A stretch of DNA of 32,000 nucleotides from Chlamydiota bacterium. GTDB lineage: Bacteria > Auribacterota > JACPWU01. Positions 29,306-32,000 of the stretch are shown one piece after another. Location: the NCBI GenBank assembly GCA_016196885.1, contig JACPWU010000002.1:63629-95628 (forward strand). The letters run 5' to 3'. Numbering within the stretch: the first letter of the stretch is position 1; each line of letters begins with the position of its first letter. The notes under the pieces were generated by a model. The model searched no databases. It was given only the letters and a program-made list of their open reading frames with translations, and was not told the DNA's origin. The position numbers and the translations under genes are program-made.

Positions 29306-30076
29306 ATGCTCATGACAAAAAAAGGTTGGATGTTGTCACTGAGTTTGCTCTTCTTATGTGGATTTAGTTATGGATTCTTTCATTGGTGGAAGGCGCCTCT
29401 TTATTCCTCCTTTTCGCGCGGTCAGAAATTAGCCAATCAACTGGGTTGCTTTGGTTGTCATGGGCCTCAGGGAGCAAAAGGAATTCCAAATATGGGTTCT
29501 GATGAATCTGTGCCTGCTTGGGATGGAGGAACGCTGATGATGTATGCAAAAAATGATGAGGAGATTCGTGAATGGATTTTGGACGGGATGCCCAAAAGAA
29601 TGCGGGACGATCCTGACGAAAGGGCCGACCAGGCGAAAATGCTCATTCACATGCCAGCTTATCGGGACCGGCTTTCTGAAAGAGAATTGAACGATTTGGT
29701 AGTTTATTTCAAGGCTATTGCGTGGGCTGAAAACATTCCGGATGAATCGGCTCGCAAAGGCCGTGAAGTGGCGCTTGGCAAAGGCTGTTTCGGTTGTCAT
29801 GGGCCCGAGGGACGCTCTCCCATGTCCAATTCAGGATCACTCAAAGGATATATTCCCCCTTGGGACAGTGCAGATTTTAATGAATTGGTGAAGGACGATT
29901 CAGAACTCGAAGAATGGATTTTAAAAGGGTCTTGTCAGAGATTTGAAAACAATCGTCTGGCTCAATTTTTTCTTTCCAGGCAGAAAATCAGCATGCCAGC
30001 TTATGAAAAACACATGACCCCAGAAGAATTAACTGAATTAAAGGCTTATATTCATTGGCTTCGAAAGGGAGAATGA
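29306..30076 (+). CDS. Dihaem c-type cytochrome (internally duplicated)
   Basis: Start at MLMTKKGW.. (AAAGGAGAG SD; the track start is 29264). N-terminal TM/signal. Two CFGCHGP haem motifs, each followed by an MPAY candidate Met ligand and E(L)..(L)..Y helices. Confidence 0.85.
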   Translation: MLMTKKGWMLSLSLLFLCGFSYGFFHWWKAPLYSSFSRGQKLANQLGCFGCHGPQGAKGIPNMGSDESVPAWDGGTLMMYAKNDEEIREWILDGMPKRMRDDPDERADQAKMLIHMPAYRDRLSERELNDLVVYFKAIAWAENIPDESARKGREVALGKGCFGCHGPEGRSPMSNSGSLKGYIPPWDSADFNELVKDDSELEEWILKGSCQRFENNRLAQFFLSRQKISMPAYEKHMTPEELTELKAYIHWLRKGE

Positions 30077-30113
30077 TACAATAATACAGTATTTAATTGG
30101 AATTTGAATTTTA

Positions 30114-30572
30114 ATGAAAAGGATAACTGCGTTCATTCTACTTTTAGCTTTCAATCCTTCTTTTCTCCAGGCCGAAACGGGTGCGAGCCTAGAGCTTTAC
30201 AATCTTTCCCTGATGGATGAAAAGGGTCAGGAGGTGAGTGAGGGAACCGTACAGCCAGGCGCCCAATTGACGCTGGAGATGAAATACGGCCGCCGGGGCT
30301 TTCCCACAAATTCTCTCACCACGCTCGAGGTAGAGCTCTATGATCCAACAGGTGAAATTTTACTTCAGGACAGCGTCGAGCGCCCCTTTACCGAAGGGGA
30401 TCGGTTGGATCGCTATCGCGTAAATATTCCAGCAAATGCCGCTGGAAAATTTTTGCTTGCCCTGACCATTCGCGTGTCTGAAGGGGAGGCGGATACTGAA
30501 AGTGCTGCACAGGTTCTCGCCGAGGTTTCAAAAACCATTCCCTTTGATGTCGAGAAAGAAAATGCTTCATGA
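30114..30572 (+). CDS. Secreted protein of unknown function
   Basis: 152 aa with a signal peptide ending LQA and beta-strand-like alternation (TLEMKY, TLEVELY, FLLALTIRV). Its stop overlaps the next start (ATGA). Confidence 0.6.
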   Translation: MKRITAFILLLAFNPSFLQAETGASLELYNLSLMDEKGQEVSEGTVQPGAQLTLEMKYGRRGFPTNSLTTLEVELYDPTGEILLQDSVERPFTEGDRLDRYRVNIPANAAGKFLLALTIRVSEGEADTESAAQVLAEVSKTIPFDVEKENAS

Positions 30573-31438
30573 AGTTCTGGAAGTGGTTTTACCTCCTTCG
30601 CCTCTCCCATGTTTTAAAAAATCTTATTCTTTTTGCACCGCTTGTCTTTTCAAAACATCTTGTGAATTTCTCCGATTTCTTGAGAACAGAAGCGGCCTTT
30701 CTCGTCTTTTGTATTCTTTGCAGTGCGGTTTATGTCATCAATGATTTACAGGATCTTGGAGAAGACCGACTTCATCCTCTGAAGAAAACAAGGCCCTTGG
30801 CCGCTGGAGAAATTCGACGGGCTCAAGGATTTTGCCTGGCCTGCGGCCTCCTGACCTTGGGCTTTCTGGGCGCATGGGGACTGGGGAAATCTTTTCTGAT
30901 CGTTTGCATCACTTATGTTTTGATTCAAGTTCTTTATTCCCTTTTCTTCAAACACTTGCTTTTCATGGATGTTTCTTTCATTGCCTTCGGTTATATTTTG
31001 AGGGGGGTGGCAGGTGCCGCTGTGATCCAGGTTCGGATTTCTCATTGGCTGCTCATCTCGACCTTTTTTCTCGCCTTATTTTTAGCTTTGGGAAAAAGAA
31101 GACAGGAGTTAATGTTGGGAGAGGAGGAAAAATTGTTTCGCCCTGTTCTTCAGAACTACCGTCGTTTCTGGCTAGATTGTGCCCTGTTTACCCTGGCTCT
31201 TGGGATAGCCTTTGTCTATGGCCTTTATACCATTTCTAAAGACACGTTCATTCAATTTGGTTCTCATGCGCTCGTCTTCACCTGGCCCTTTGTGATTTAT
31301 GGCCTTGTCCGCTATTTGAATCTTCTTTATCGAAAGAGTTTAGGAGGAGATCCCGTGGACATGATCTTGAAGGATTTTCCTCTTCAGTGTAATGTGATTC
31401 TTTGGATTTTGAGCTGTATCTGGGTTGTCTATAGGTGA
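30569..31438 (+). CDS. UbiA-family prenyltransferase, decaprenyl-phosphate phosphoribosyltransferase-like
   Basis: 289 aa, polytopic. VYVINDLQDLGEDRLHPLKKTRPLAAGE matches the NDxxDxxxDRxHPxKxxRPxAxG motif of this UbiA subgroup. Confidence 0.85.
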   Translation: MKFWKWFYLLRLSHVLKNLILFAPLVFSKHLVNFSDFLRTEAAFLVFCILCSAVYVINDLQDLGEDRLHPLKKTRPLAAGEIRRAQGFCLACGLLTLGFLGAWGLGKSFLIVCITYVLIQVLYSLFFKHLLFMDVSFIAFGYILRGVAGAAVIQVRISHWLLISTFFLALFLALGKRRQELMLGEEEKLFRPVLQNYRRFWLDCALFTLALGIAFVYGLYTISKDTFIQFGSHALVFTWPFVIYGLVRYLNLLYRKSLGGDPVDMILKDFPLQCNVILWILSCIWVVYR

Positions 31439-31469
31439 TAAAGTTGTTTCAGGCAAAAGGAAAATTTAG

Positions 31470-31862
31470 ATGAAACGTCCACCTCTTTTAGGAATTCGTC
31501 ACATTGCCTTAAAGGTAAGAGACATTCGAAAATCCGAAGAATTCTACACGCGTTTGGGATTTCAAGTAGAATGGCGCCCGGATGGCAAAAATCTTTATTT
31601 AAGTTCTGGCCAGGATAATTTAGCGCTTCATCAGGTTTCCTCAAAAATTTCATCTATCGATGGAACATTGGATCACTTTGGTCTTTTGGTTCGGATCCCT
31701 GAAGAAGTAGATGAATGGGCTGAATATTTAAGAAGTTCAGGCTTAAAATTTATGAAAGAGCCCAAAACCCATCGGGATGGGGCGCGCTCTTTTTATTTTC
31801 AGGATCCGGATGGGAATGTCATTCAGATTTTGTACCACCCTCCGATTTCTAAAAAGCTTTAG
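31470..31862 (+). CDS. VOC-family (glyoxalase/bleomycin-resistance/dioxygenase) protein
   Basis: 130 aa. IRHIALKVRDIRKSEEFYTRLGF, LDHFGL and FYFQDPDGNVIQI are typical of VOC beta-alpha-beta-beta-beta modules. Confidence 0.8.
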   Translation: MKRPPLLGIRHIALKVRDIRKSEEFYTRLGFQVEWRPDGKNLYLSSGQDNLALHQVSSKISSIDGTLDHFGLLVRIPEEVDEWAEYLRSSGLKFMKEPKTHRDGARSFYFQDPDGNVIQILYHPPISKKL

Positions 31863-32000
31863 CCCGCATTTCTCATCAGATTTCGTAGCGAGACCGCCAA
31901 GTCCACCTTGGATGCGAGGAAGACGACCGAGGCCATGTGAGGCATACTTTACAGTATGTTGAGCGTGGCCGACCGAGTCTGACAACGCAGACGAGGCGGA

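Noticed and set aside
31865-31900. CTGATGAG plus GAAA on the minus strand as a hammerhead ribozyme core
   Set aside because: The two boxes are adjacent, with no room for stems II and III, and no cleavage-site triplet is in the right register.
31863-32000. Purine-rich segment with GGAAGACGACC and the palindrome CATACTTTACAGTATG as SRP RNA, another ncRNA, or another periodic hairpin
   Set aside because: There is no GGAA tetraloop context or SRP domain IV consensus. The flanks of the palindrome are direct rather than inverted repeats (GACCGAG on both sides). The window ends before the structure can be judged.

Overview
Densely coding bacterial chromosome segment of Gram-negative type (outer-membrane factors, lipoboxes). 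GC looks moderate by eye. The standard code applies, since TAA, TAG and TGA all end clearly real genes. Left part: priA, a vapB antitoxin with a decayed vapC, a TPR protein, then def, a DUF1189-like membrane protein, fmt and a gutted rsmB pseudogene. Middle: a compact FTR1/Fet-type metal-uptake operon. It has an FTR1::DUF2318-like::YHS-like triple fusion, two FtsX/MacB-type permeases, and an ABC ATPase fused to a complete DtxR-like metal-sensor module. hemL, sucCD, dinJ with a 27-codon yafQ remnant, and a PBP5-type DD-carboxypeptidase follow. Right part (about 18.2-30.1 kb): a co-directional copper/silver-type island. Its order is a Cys/His-rich small protein, cusC-cusB-cusA, a paralogous Cys/His-rich protein, a secreted HMBD mini-protein, a small Cys protein, a second lipoprotein OMF, a two-domain multicopper oxidase with a Met-rich + HMBD tail, and a dihaem cytochrome c. 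An unknown secreted protein, a UbiA-family prenyltransferase and a VOC enzyme come after it. The most unusual non-coding signal is a set of at least seven hairpins abutting stop codons, whose arms are tandem degenerate 7- or 8-nt units with a different unit sequence at each locus. There is also a 140-bp MITE-like element with perfect 15-bp terminal inverted repeats and a 9-bp flanking direct repeat. No rRNA, tRNA or CRISPR array was found. All family assignments rest on motifs read by eye; no searches were run.
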